Shown here in pieces: positions 40,846 through 48,719 of a DNA stretch of 64,000 bases (positions within the stretch are counted from its first letter, which is position 1; each line of letters begins with the position of its first letter). The notes beneath the pieces were generated by a model. It saw nothing but the letters and a program-made list of their open reading frames with translations. It had not been told where the DNA came from and ran no database searches. The translations under genes were made by a program, and so were the position numbers. Source of the stretch: an uncultured Gemmatimonadota bacterium (lineage in GTDB: Bacteria > Gemmatimonadota > Gemmatimonadetes > Palauibacterales > Palauibacteraceae). The stretch is taken from contig CAZSKS010000001.1 of the NCBI GenBank assembly GCA_964607465.1, forward strand, positions 44,420 through 108,419, given 5' to 3'.

Positions 40846-42393
40846 ATGACCCGCGTTCCCCTGGTGCGGGATCTGGAACCGCGGCTGGAGCCCCCGGTCG
40901 CGGCACGCCGGGCCGCGTCCCTGCCCTACACGCTCTGGCTCGACAGCGCCCTCCGGCATGGGGAGATCGGACGGTACACTTTCCTGGCCGTGGACCCCTT
41001 CCTGGTGCTCCGCTCCCGCCGGGGCCGGGCGGAGATCCTCGGGCCGGGAGGCTGGCGGACGGGCGAGGTCCCGCCGCTGGCGGAGCTGGAGCGGCTGCTG
41101 GCCGACTTTCGGCTCCCCGGGACGTCGGCCGACGTCCCCTTCCAGGGGGGTGCCGCGGGATACTTCGGGTACGAGCTGGGACGCCAGCTCGAGACGCTGC
41201 CGCGGACGCGGTGGCGGGAGCCGGAGCTCCCCGAGATGGAGATCGCCTTCTACGACGTGGTGCTCGGGTGGGACCACCTCGAGGGGCGGAGCTGGCTGGT
41301 GTCCACCGGCCGTCCGGACGCCGGAGCGGCGGCGCGGCGTCGCGCCAGGGAGCGGGCGCGCACGGTCGAGGCCTGGCTGGCGGGCGGCGACCGACCCCGG
41401 CTGCAGCTCCCCCATGACGACGCGCCGACCCGACCGACACGTTCCGGCGTGCCGGACGACCCCGGACCGAACGGGGCGTCCGGGCGCGGGCCGGAGTCCG
41501 GGCCGCCCTCCTTCCCCGTGCCGTGCCGGCCCGACCTCCGCTCCACCTTCAGCCCCGGAGGCTACGAGGAGGCGGTCGAGCGGGCCGTGGAGTACATCCT
41601 GGCCGGCGACGTCTTCCAGGTGAACCTGTCGCAACGCTTCCGCGCACCGCGGGAGGAGCCGGGCTTCGAGCTGTACCGACGCCTCCGGCGGCGCAACGCC
41701 GCCCCCTTCGCCGCCTTCATGACCACGGCCTCCTGCAGCCTGGCCAGCGCGTCGCCCGAGCGGTTCCTGAAGGTGACCCCGGAGGGCGTCGTGGAGACCC
41801 GCCCCATCAAGGGCACGCGGCCGCGCTCCCGACATCCGGCCCATGACATGTACCTGGAGCGGGAGCTGGAGGAGAGCGGGAAGGACCGGGCCGAGAACCT
41901 GATGATCGTCGACCTCCTCCGGAACGACCTCTCCCGGGTGTGTCGTCCGGAGAGCGTCAGCGTCCCGCGCCTCTTCAAGAAGGAGAGCTACGCCACGGTC
42001 CACCACCTGGTCTCTATCGTCACCGGACGGCTCGAGGCGGATCGGGGGCGGGTCGATCTCCTACGGGCGGCCTTCCCCGGCGGGTCGGTGACGGGCGCAC
42101 CCAAGATCCGGGCGATGGAGATCATCGCCGAGCTGGAGCCCGTGCCCCGGGGGCCCTACTGCGGCGCCGTCGGCTACCTCGGCTTCGACGGATCCATGGA
42201 CACCAGCATCACGATCCGGACGCTGGTCGGCGCCGGGGGCGACCTCTTCTTCCACGCCGGAGGGGCCGTGGTGGCCGACTCCGATCCCCGGCGCGAATAC
42301 CTCGAGACCCTGGACAAGGCCGAGGGGATGATCCGGGCCCTGCCGGGGGACGACGGGGACGCCCGTCAGCCGCGCTCCGTCCTCACGAGGTAG
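40846..42393 (+). CDS. pabB: aminodeoxychorismate synthase component I (PabB; TrpE/PabB family)
   Basis: GDVFQVNLSQRF..., SASPERFLKV...VETRPIKGTRPR, ENLMIVDLLRNDLSRVC, FPGGSVTGAPKIRAMEII..LE...RGPYCGAVGYLG are the chorismate-binding family core. PabB is preferred over TrpE because of context (pABA is an H4MPT precursor). Confidence 0.8.
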   Translation: MTRVPLVRDLEPRLEPPVAARRAASLPYTLWLDSALRHGEIGRYTFLAVDPFLVLRSRRGRAEILGPGGWRTGEVPPLAELERLLADFRLPGTSADVPFQGGAAGYFGYELGRQLETLPRTRWREPELPEMEIAFYDVVLGWDHLEGRSWLVSTGRPDAGAAARRRARERARTVEAWLAGGDRPRLQLPHDDAPTRPTRSGVPDDPGPNGASGRGPESGPPSFPVPCRPDLRSTFSPGGYEEAVERAVEYILAGDVFQVNLSQRFRAPREEPGFELYRRLRRRNAAPFAAFMTTASCSLASASPERFLKVTPEGVVETRPIKGTRPRSRHPAHDMYLERELEESGKDRAENLMIVDLLRNDLSRVCRPESVSVPRLFKKESYATVHHLVSIVTGRLEADRGRVDLLRAAFPGGSVTGAPKIRAMEIIAELEPVPRGPYCGAVGYLGFDGSMDTSITIRTLVGAGGDLFFHAGGAVVADSDPRREYLETLDKAEGMIRALPGDDGDARQPRSVLTR

Positions 42394-43787
42394 GCGCCCC
42401 GCCGGGCGTCCGGGCCGAACCGGTCGACGGCCTGCTCGGAGGGGAGGATCCTGATGCTCGAGACCGAGGTCGAGCCGAGCTCCCGGAGGACCGAGGGATG
42501 CGCACGCTCGCCGTCCACGACGACGAAGCAACCCGAGCGGGACCCGTCGCCCCGGGTCGGCTCGCCGCGACGGCCGGCGCCGGCGTCCGCCGTCCCGTTG
42601 AGGTAGGGCGTGCAGGCGTAGCTCAGCTGCCTCGCCATGCGGACGGCTTCCATGTCCAGCCCCGATCCCTCGCCCTTCCGGCCGTCGGCCTCGCCCGTCC
42701 CCGGCCGCTCCGCCGTCCGGTACAGGCGGAGGTCGAGCTGCATCACTGCGGGGGCGGGAGGGGCGACCCGGGCCGCGCGATGCGACCGCGCCTCCGCGCC
42801 GTCCTCCGACAGGGCCGCGGTCCGGGTCTCGGCGACGTCGACGGGGCCGTCCGGCGCCGGCAGCCAGCCGCCGGCCCCGCCCAGCACCAGGGCCGCGCCC
42901 ACGGCCGCCGCCGCCTTGCCGAGCCGGGCCCTGGGGCTCCGCGCGGCGAGCCTGCGGATCCGTCGCTCCAGGAAGGACGACGCGTCGGCGAAGGCCGCCG
43001 GCGACAGCGGCGGGCCGCTGGCGCGCTCGCCCACCTGGACCAGGAGCTCTCCGTAGGCCGCCCGGCTGACCCCCTCCCCCAGGACCCGCCGGTCACAGTC
43101 GATCTCCATGGCCTGGCGGAGCCGCGCCAGGCTCCACCACAGCACCGGGTTCCAGGGGAAGAGGGTGACGGCCACGAGCCCCCCCAGGAGGACTCGGTGA
43201 TCGCCGACGGCCAGGTGCTCCCTCTCGTGCCGGAGCACCAGCGGCCGCAGGTCCCGGTCCAGCTCGTCGAACCAGGACGGCAGCAGGATCATCCCCTGCA
43301 GGAAGCCGGTGATGGCGGGCCCCTCGTCGGGGGAGATGAGGACCTCGACGCCGTCGATCTCCGCCTCGGTCCACTCCCGACGCCGCACGCGGAGCCGGGC
43401 CCATCCGGCCAGGAGCCACCCGGCGGTGGCGACCGACGCCAGGGCCCAGCCGCCGAGCAGCCACGGATCCAGGAAGCGCAGGCGCTCGGCCAGGCCGGAA
43501 CCCGCCCCGCCGACGACCTCGGCCGCCAGCGAAACGGCGAGGGCGCCGCCGGCCTCGGCCCCGGCCCCGACCGACGCGGGTCCGGTGGCCATCCCCGACC
43601 CGGCAGCGACCGGGCCGCCGACGGCGAGCGCGTAGGCGACGACCGGGCCGACCACGGCGCCGGCCATGGCCGCGATCCAGACCCATCGGAGCGGGCACTC
43701 GTACAGCTCGAGCCCTTCCTCTCCGACCCGGGCGGCCGCCGCCAGGAGCAGGGAGAGGAGGAGGGCGTAGGCCATCCAGAGGGCCAT
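42366..43787 (-). CDS. BlaR1/MecR1-type M56 peptidase-domain signal transducer with non-PBP C-terminal domain
   Basis: N-terminal TM helices and an HExxH motif (LRHEREHLAVGDH). The C-terminus ...CFVVVDGERAHPSVLRELGSTSVSSIRILPSEQAVDRFGPDARRGAYLVRTERG resembles a TonB-receptor plug-like motif rather than a penicillin-binding domain. The ATG overlaps the BlaI stop (TGATG). Confidence 0.75.
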   Translation of the reverse strand: MALWMAYALLLSLLLAAAARVGEEGLELYECPLRWVWIAAMAGAVVGPVVAYALAVGGPVAAGSGMATGPASVGAGAEAGGALAVSLAAEVVGGAGSGLAERLRFLDPWLLGGWALASVATAGWLLAGWARLRVRRREWTEAEIDGVEVLISPDEGPAITGFLQGMILLPSWFDELDRDLRPLVLRHEREHLAVGDHRVLLGGLVAVTLFPWNPVLWWSLARLRQAMEIDCDRRVLGEGVSRAAYGELLVQVGERASGPPLSPAAFADASSFLERRIRRLAARSPRARLGKAAAAVGAALVLGGAGGWLPAPDGPVDVAETRTAALSEDGAEARSHRAARVAPPAPAVMQLDLRLYRTAERPGTGEADGRKGEGSGLDMEAVRMARQLSYACTPYLNGTADAGAGRRGEPTRGDGSRSGCFVVVDGERAHPSVLRELGSTSVSSIRILPSEQAVDRFGPDARRGAYLVRTERG

Positions 43788-44179
43788 CAATGCTCGGCCC
43801 TCCCCCGGGTGCCTTCCTCCTCCAGCTCCTCCGAAATGAGCCGGCGGAACCGCTGCAGCTCCTCCTCGGAGAAGTCGTTTCGGGACACCAGGTGGGTGAG
43901 CAGGAGCTCCGTCGAGCCGCCGAAGACCTTTCGCACCAGCCGCGACACGGCACTCTTACCGGCCTCCTCGCGCGGGATGCGGGGATGGTACCGGTAGGCC
44001 CTGCCCTCCTCGGTGTGGAACACGTAGTCCTTCGCCTCCATGTTGCGGAGGGTGGTGAGGACCGTGGTGTACGCCAGGTCGTCCTCCAGCCGCTCCTTTA
44101 CGTCGGACACCGTGGCGGAGCCCTCCTCCCACAGGATGGCCATGAGGTCGAGCTCGCGATCCGTGAATGAGATGTCCAT
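43787..44179 (-). CDS. BlaI/MecI/CopY-family winged-helix repressor
   Basis: MDISFTDRELDLMAILWEEGSATVSDVKERLEDDLAYTTVLTTLRNMEAKDYV....GRAYRY.P is the family signature. SD GGGGAG lies 6 nt before ATG 44179. Confidence 0.85.
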   Translation of the reverse strand: MDISFTDRELDLMAILWEEGSATVSDVKERLEDDLAYTTVLTTLRNMEAKDYVFHTEEGRAYRYHPRIPREEAGKSAVSRLVRKVFGGSTELLLTHLVSRNDFSEEELQRFRRLISEELEEEGTRGRAEH

Positions 44180-44207
44180 GGCATGCTCCCCGTCCCGAGT
44201 GGCGGCC

Positions 44208-44225
44208 ATTATATCTTTAGTATCT
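44208..44225 (-). promoter_or_regulatory. AT-rich patch upstream of the BlaI-like gene: TATAAT plus AGATA-N4-AGATA direct repeat
   Basis: The minus strand reads GAGATACTAAAGATATAATGG (TATAAT = 44213-44208). It is the only AT-rich stretch in this intergenic region. No good -35 element sits at 17 nt. Confidence 0.3.
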
Positions 44226-44366
44226 CGCCCTCCGGATGCAAAGGATGCGGCCTGTCCGACACCGGGGCGCGGCGGACGGCCGTTGCGCTCGGACGGGGCC
44301 TCGGCTACCGATAGTGGCTCCGGCGTCTCCTCCATCCTCCTGCCCGCAGCGGTGACCTGATTGGCG

Positions 44367-45314
44367 ATGCCCGCCCTGCTGGTCCGAGCCGAAGCGGTCT
44401 TCGACGCCCTCCACGCACGGTGGGAGGACGTCGCGGCCCGGCGGACCCTGGGCACCGGGCTGGTCCTGGCGTTCGTCGGCGCCCTGGTCGTCATCGAGCT
44501 CAACCGCCAGGGCTGGGTGCCGGGCCCGATGGCGCCGATTCTACCGACGAACCATTTCGCCGCCGTCGGCCTGGCCTTCACCCTCCTGCTGATCATCGAG
44601 GTCCTCGGCCTGGTTTGGACGCTGGCCGAGTCGGTGGCCAATTCCGTGGGGAAGCAGTTCGAGCTCCTCTCCCTGATCCTCCTGCGGAAGGCGTTCCTCG
44701 AGTTCGGCAACTTCGGCGAGCCCATCGTGTGGGCCGAGGTCTCGGACTCCCTCCTGCACCTGCTGGCCGACGCCGCCGGGGCGCTCCTCATCTTCGTCAT
44801 CGTCGGCTTCTACTACCGCGTGCAGCGCCACCGCCAGATCACCCGGGGGGGACGGGAGGAGAACAGCTTCGTAGCGGCCAAGAAGGTGGTGGGGCTCCTC
44901 CTGCTGGCCACCTTCCTGGCGCTCGGAGTCGACTACATCTGGAAGGACCTTCGGGGGCTGGAGGCCTATCCGTTCTTCGAGGCCTTCTACCTGATCCTGA
45001 TCTTCGCGGACATCCTGATCGTCCTCATCTCCCTCCGGTACAGCTACAGCTTCCGGGTGGTGTTCCGGAACTCCGGCTTCGCCATCGCGACGGTGATGAT
45101 CCGGCTGGCCCTGACGGCGCCCCCCTACGTGAACGCCCTGCTCGGGGTGGGAGCGGCGCTGTTCGCCCTGGGGATCTCGCTGGCCTACAACGCCTTCGCC
45201 CCTCTCATGTCGGAGCGGGAGGAGGCGCGCGGCGGCCCGTCCGACGGGGTCGGTGCCCGGCCGGTCCCGGGGCCCGCGGAGCCCGGGGGCGCCGCCGACG
45301 GGGAGGGGGGCTGA
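44367..45314 (+). CDS. polytopic membrane protein, unknown family
   Basis: Seven or eight hydrophobic helices (e.g. FAAVGLAFTLLLIIEVLGLVW, FFEAFYLILIFADILIVLISL). Normal, non-shadow composition. The start is ATG 44367 or TTG 44361. Confidence 0.6.
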   Translation: MPALLVRAEAVFDALHARWEDVAARRTLGTGLVLAFVGALVVIELNRQGWVPGPMAPILPTNHFAAVGLAFTLLLIIEVLGLVWTLAESVANSVGKQFELLSLILLRKAFLEFGNFGEPIVWAEVSDSLLHLLADAAGALLIFVIVGFYYRVQRHRQITRGGREENSFVAAKKVVGLLLLATFLALGVDYIWKDLRGLEAYPFFEAFYLILIFADILIVLISLRYSYSFRVVFRNSGFAIATVMIRLALTAPPYVNALLGVGAALFALGISLAYNAFAPLMSEREEARGGPSDGVGARPVPGPAEPGGAADGEGG

Positions 45315-45329
45315 CGCCGCGGCCGACCG

Positions 45330-46097
45330 TCAGCCGGGGGCCGGGCGGGGCGTCGACGCCCCATCCACGGCGTGGCGGACGGCCCGGCTGCGGCGGGCTT
45401 CCAGCCGTCCCTGCCGGCCGCCGGCGCAGGCGCCGCCGCGCACGCCCACCACGTCGAGACCCATGCCCGCGAGCCGCGGGATCGAGGTCGCGTCCAGGCC
45501 GCCGGCGACGGCGGTCTCGAGACCCAGGCTCCGGGCCGACGCGGCCCATCGCTCCAGGCGGCGGGCGCCCAGGATCTCCGGCGTGGAGGGACCGTCCTTG
45601 GAGAGGGTGTCCAGCATGACCGCGTCGGCCCCGTGTCGCCGGGCCAGCGGCACGAGCTTCTCCGGCGAGGGGGCGCGGCCGGGCGGGGCGTCGGCGAAGG
45701 TCACGGCGACGAGGCGGGCGCCCGATCCGGCGGCGCCGATCGTCCGGGCCAGGGCCTCGAGGCTCCGGCGGTTCCCGTCGCGCTCGCGGGCCACGGACGC
45801 CGGGTCCCCGGCGGCGGTATCCGGTCCGGCGGCCAGGCCGAGCTTGAGGTAGGCCGGACCGTGGACGAGGGCGGCGCGGGCCACCGGAACCACCTCCTCC
45901 GGCCGGTGCGGACCGTCGCCCAGGGGCAGGCTCACCGGACATCGCCCGGTGCACCGCCGGGCCACCTCCGCCAGGAGCCCGGGGGACGGAGGGCCGAGGG
46001 AGCCCCGCGCCGGGTCCTTCACGTCCACCAGGTCGGCTCCGGCCGCGAGGGCGGTGTCGACCTCCGATCGGCGGACCACGGTGAGGAGCAGCTTCAT
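45330..46097 (-). CDS. mfnB: (5-formylfuran-3-yl)methyl phosphate synthase (methanofuran biosynthesis, DUF556 family)
   Basis: MKLLLTVVRRSEVDTALAAGADLVDVKDPARGSLGP... and the C-terminal ...GLDVVGVRGGAC match the MfnB pattern. SD GAGGGA. The ORF track start (46280) is rejected. Confidence 0.8.
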   Translation of the reverse strand: MKLLLTVVRRSEVDTALAAGADLVDVKDPARGSLGPPSPGLLAEVARRCTGRCPVSLPLGDGPHRPEEVVPVARAALVHGPAYLKLGLAAGPDTAAGDPASVARERDGNRRSLEALARTIGAAGSGARLVAVTFADAPPGRAPSPEKLVPLARRHGADAVMLDTLSKDGPSTPEILGARRLERWAASARSLGLETAVAGGLDATSIPRLAGMGLDVVGVRGGACAGGRQGRLEARRSRAVRHAVDGASTPRPAPG

Positions 46098-46246
46098 CGT
46101 TCCCTCGGCGGGCTCGGACGGGATCGCCGGGCGGGTCCGGCTCGTCCGGCAAGCGTACGGCCCGATCCGGGCGCGGGCCAGCCGTCGTCGCGGGTGGCCG
46201 ACCCGAGCATCGCCGTCCGAGACGGTCGGAAGGACCGGGAGCGAGG

Positions 46247-47608
46247 ATGAGCTCCGAGCGATCCGCCGGCCGCCGGGCACGATCGCCGTCCGACGCCGGC
46301 GACGGGCCCGCGCGTCTCGACGTCCGGACGCTGCTCACGGGCGTCGCCGTCCGCCCGCTGGCTCAGTCGGCGCGCCGGGCGGGGATCGACGCCGCCAGCG
46401 TGGACCTGTTCGGCGACCGGGACCACCGCCGGGCGCTGCCGGTCCTCTTCCTCGGGCGCGCCGGGGCCGACGGCTACGCGGCCGCGGACCTGGTTCGCCT
46501 CTCCCGCCGGGTGACGGCGGACGAGGTCGCCTACGGCGCCGACCTGGAGAACCATCCCCGGCTGGTGGCCGAGCTGTCCGAGGGTCGCCGGCTCCTGGGC
46601 AACCCGCCCCGGGTGCTCCGGAGGGTCCGCGATCCCTCCCGGCTGGAGGCCAGCCTCCGCGAGGGCGGGCTGCCCGCGCCGGAGGTCCGCCGCCACGGCG
46701 ATCCCCTCCCGTCCGGCGGGGAGGACGCCGGATGGCTGAGGAAGCCCCTGCACGGGGGCGGTGGCCGGGGGGTGCGGCCCTGGCGACCCGGCGAGGCGGT
46801 GGACGAGGCGGACTACCTCCAGCGGCGTGTCCGGGGGGCGCCCGTCAGCCTGGCGTTCCTCGCCGACGGACGCTCCGGCCGCCTCCTGGCCGTCACCGAG
46901 ATGCTCGTCGGACGCCCCGCCTTCGGGGCGGAGGGATTCACCTACTGTGGAAGCCTCCTCGGCGTCGGCGGGGGAGACCGCCCCGCCCCGCCACCGGGTC
47001 CCGCCGGCGAGGTCCCGTGGGCGACGGCCCGGCGGGTCGTCCAGCGCCTGAGCGCCGCCTTCGAGCTCCGGGGCCTGAACGGTCTCGACGCCGTATTCGA
47101 CGGGAAGACGCTCTGGCCCGTGGAGGTGAACCCGCGCTGGACCGCCTCGATGGAGCTCCTGGAGCCGGGGCCCTGGGACGGCGACCCCGCCGGACCGACC
47201 CTCTTCGAGCTGCACCGCCGGGCCTGCGGCGGCGACCTGCCGGCGGAGACCGAGCTGCGGGAGATCCGGATCGCCCGCCGGTGGTCCTCGCTGGCGGCCA
47301 CGGGAGCCGCGGGGCCGGGCGCAGGAGCCGGGGAGCCTGGCGGTGACGGGAAGCGGCGGGGTCGGGCGGACGGGGCGAGGGTGGTGGGAAAGGCCATCCT
47401 CCGGGCGCCGACCGCCGTCCGGACGCCGGACCTGGGGACGCTGGACGGCATCGTCGTGGTGGACGTGCCGGACACCGGCGAGGAGGTGCCGGCCGGCGCC
47501 CCGGTGTGCACGATCCTGGCCGCGGGCCGGGACCGGGCGGCCTGCCTCGACCGCCTGGCGGCCTCCGCGACCAGGATCCGAAGCGTCCTCGAGCCGCGGG
47601 AAGGGTGA
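46247..47608 (+). CDS. ATP-grasp superfamily enzyme (predicted carboligase type), methanofuran/H4MPT-island associated
   Basis: WLRKPLHGGGGRGV..., YLQRRVRGAPVSLAFLADG..., RGLNGLDAVFDGKTLWPVEVNPRWTASMEL show the ATP-grasp core. It is divergent from mfnB. Confidence 0.7.
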   Translation: MSSERSAGRRARSPSDAGDGPARLDVRTLLTGVAVRPLAQSARRAGIDAASVDLFGDRDHRRALPVLFLGRAGADGYAAADLVRLSRRVTADEVAYGADLENHPRLVAELSEGRRLLGNPPRVLRRVRDPSRLEASLREGGLPAPEVRRHGDPLPSGGEDAGWLRKPLHGGGGRGVRPWRPGEAVDEADYLQRRVRGAPVSLAFLADGRSGRLLAVTEMLVGRPAFGAEGFTYCGSLLGVGGGDRPAPPPGPAGEVPWATARRVVQRLSAAFELRGLNGLDAVFDGKTLWPVEVNPRWTASMELLEPGPWDGDPAGPTLFELHRRACGGDLPAETELREIRIARRWSSLAATGAAGPGAGAGEPGGDGKRRGRADGARVVGKAILRAPTAVRTPDLGTLDGIVVVDVPDTGEEVPAGAPVCTILAAGRDRAACLDRLAASATRIRSVLEPREG

Positions 47609-47641
47609 CGGCCGTGCCCCGGGCCCGCCGGGGCACGGCCG
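47609..47641 (+). terminator. 14-bp GC hairpin immediately after the ATP-grasp stop codon
   Basis: CGGCCGTGCCCCGG (47609-47622), loop GCCCG, then CCGGGGCACGGCCG (47628-47641). No U-tract follows, so function as an intrinsic terminator is uncertain. Confidence 0.45.
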
Positions 47642-47817
47642 GGCACCGGCACCGCCGCCGGACGGCCGGCCCCGGGTGTCGCGCTCCGCGGGGACGCCTA
47701 CATTGTCCCGTCCGTCGCAGCGACGCGCGCCGTCGCCCGACCGGGAGGCGCCCGGCGACGGGCGCCGTCGTACGAACGAGCATCGCACGCGCGAGCGGGC
47801 ACCGACCGGGAGTCCCC

Positions 47818-48078
47818 ATGTCGACCGAAGAGCGCATCGGCACCGTCACCCATTACTTCGACGAGCCCCAGGTGGGGGCCATCGACCTGCAGGAGGTCGT
47901 CGAGCTGGGCGACGAGCTCCACTTCACCGGCCACACGACCGACTTCCGGCAGACGATCACGTCCATGGAGGTGGACCACCAGGCGGTGGAGGTGGCCGGC
48001 CCCGGCGACGAGGTCGCGGTGAAGGTGGAACAGCGCGTCCGGGAGGGGGACGAGGTCTACCGCGTCTCCTCCGGCTGA
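47818..48078 (+). CDS. small beta-barrel protein resembling EF-Tu domain II ('translation elongation factor-like')
   Basis: MSTEERIGTVTHYFDEPQVGAIDLQEVVELGDELHFTGHTTDFRQTITSMEVDHQAVEVAGPGDEVAVKVEQRVREGDEVYRV. SD GGGAG. It is the 3' part of ORF 47506-48078. Confidence 0.6.
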   Translation: MSTEERIGTVTHYFDEPQVGAIDLQEVVELGDELHFTGHTTDFRQTITSMEVDHQAVEVAGPGDEVAVKVEQRVREGDEVYRVSSG

Positions 48079-48110
48079 GGGAGCGGCGGGGTCGCCCCGA
48101 AGGTCCACCC

Positions 48111-48599
48111 ATGAGCTACCGCGTCTTCACGGTCGAGGAGGCCAACCGGCTGGTGCCGGTGCTGGAGGACGCCTTCCGTCGGATCGAGACGGCCCGGGAG
48201 GACGCCCGGCGGCATCACGAGAAGCTCCAGGTGCTGGACGCGCTGTGGGGCGACGCCGTGAAGGAGCCCGACAACCCGGACCACGACGAGTACCGCTCGC
48301 ACCGGGACGGTCTCTCCGAGGCCGGCGAGACCGTGGAGGAGACGGTGAAGGAGGAGATCCTGGAGCGGGGGCTTCGATTCCCCTCGGGCGGCCTGCAGCA
48401 CGGTCTGGTGGACTTCCCCACCGGCTTCGAGGGGCGCTGGGTCTACCTGTGCTGGGAGCGGGGCGAGCCGGAGCTCCGGTTCTGGCACGAGGTGGACGGC
48501 GGCTACCGCGGACGCCGCCCCATCACCCCCGAGCAGGCCGAGGTGATGGGACGGGACGTCGACCGCGACGCCCTGGACGACGCCCGGCTGGACTTCTGA
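48111..48599 (+). CDS. DUF2203-like protein
   Basis: MSYRVFTVEEANRLVPVLEDAF...GLVDFPTGFEGRWVYLCWERGEPELRFWHEVDGGYRGRRPI is the pattern I associate with DUF2203. Confidence 0.65.
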   Translation: MSYRVFTVEEANRLVPVLEDAFRRIETAREDARRHHEKLQVLDALWGDAVKEPDNPDHDEYRSHRDGLSEAGETVEETVKEEILERGLRFPSGGLQHGLVDFPTGFEGRWVYLCWERGEPELRFWHEVDGGYRGRRPITPEQAEVMGRDVDRDALDDARLDF

Positions 48600-48634
48600 C
48601 GCGGCGGTCGGACCACGTCCGCTGCGCGACCCCC

Positions 48635-48662
48635 TTGCCAACCGGCGCAGAAGGGGTATTCT
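48635..48662 (+). promoter_or_regulatory. candidate promoter for the TPR gene (TTGCCA-16-TATTCT)
   Basis: TTGCCA at 48635-48640 and TATTCT at 48657-48662, about 58 nt upstream of ATG 48720. Confidence 0.3.
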
Positions 48663-48719
48663 CCTTCACCCTGCCGAACGATGTCGACAGGGCGCTCCTA
48701 CCCCTTCCAGGAGAAGCCC

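Noticed and set aside
24161-47700. Whether block B, or the whole C1 island, is a mobile or genomic island.
   Set aside because: I recognised no integrase, transposase, tRNA attachment site, flanking direct repeats or abrupt compositional shift. Horizontal origin cannot be judged from this window alone.
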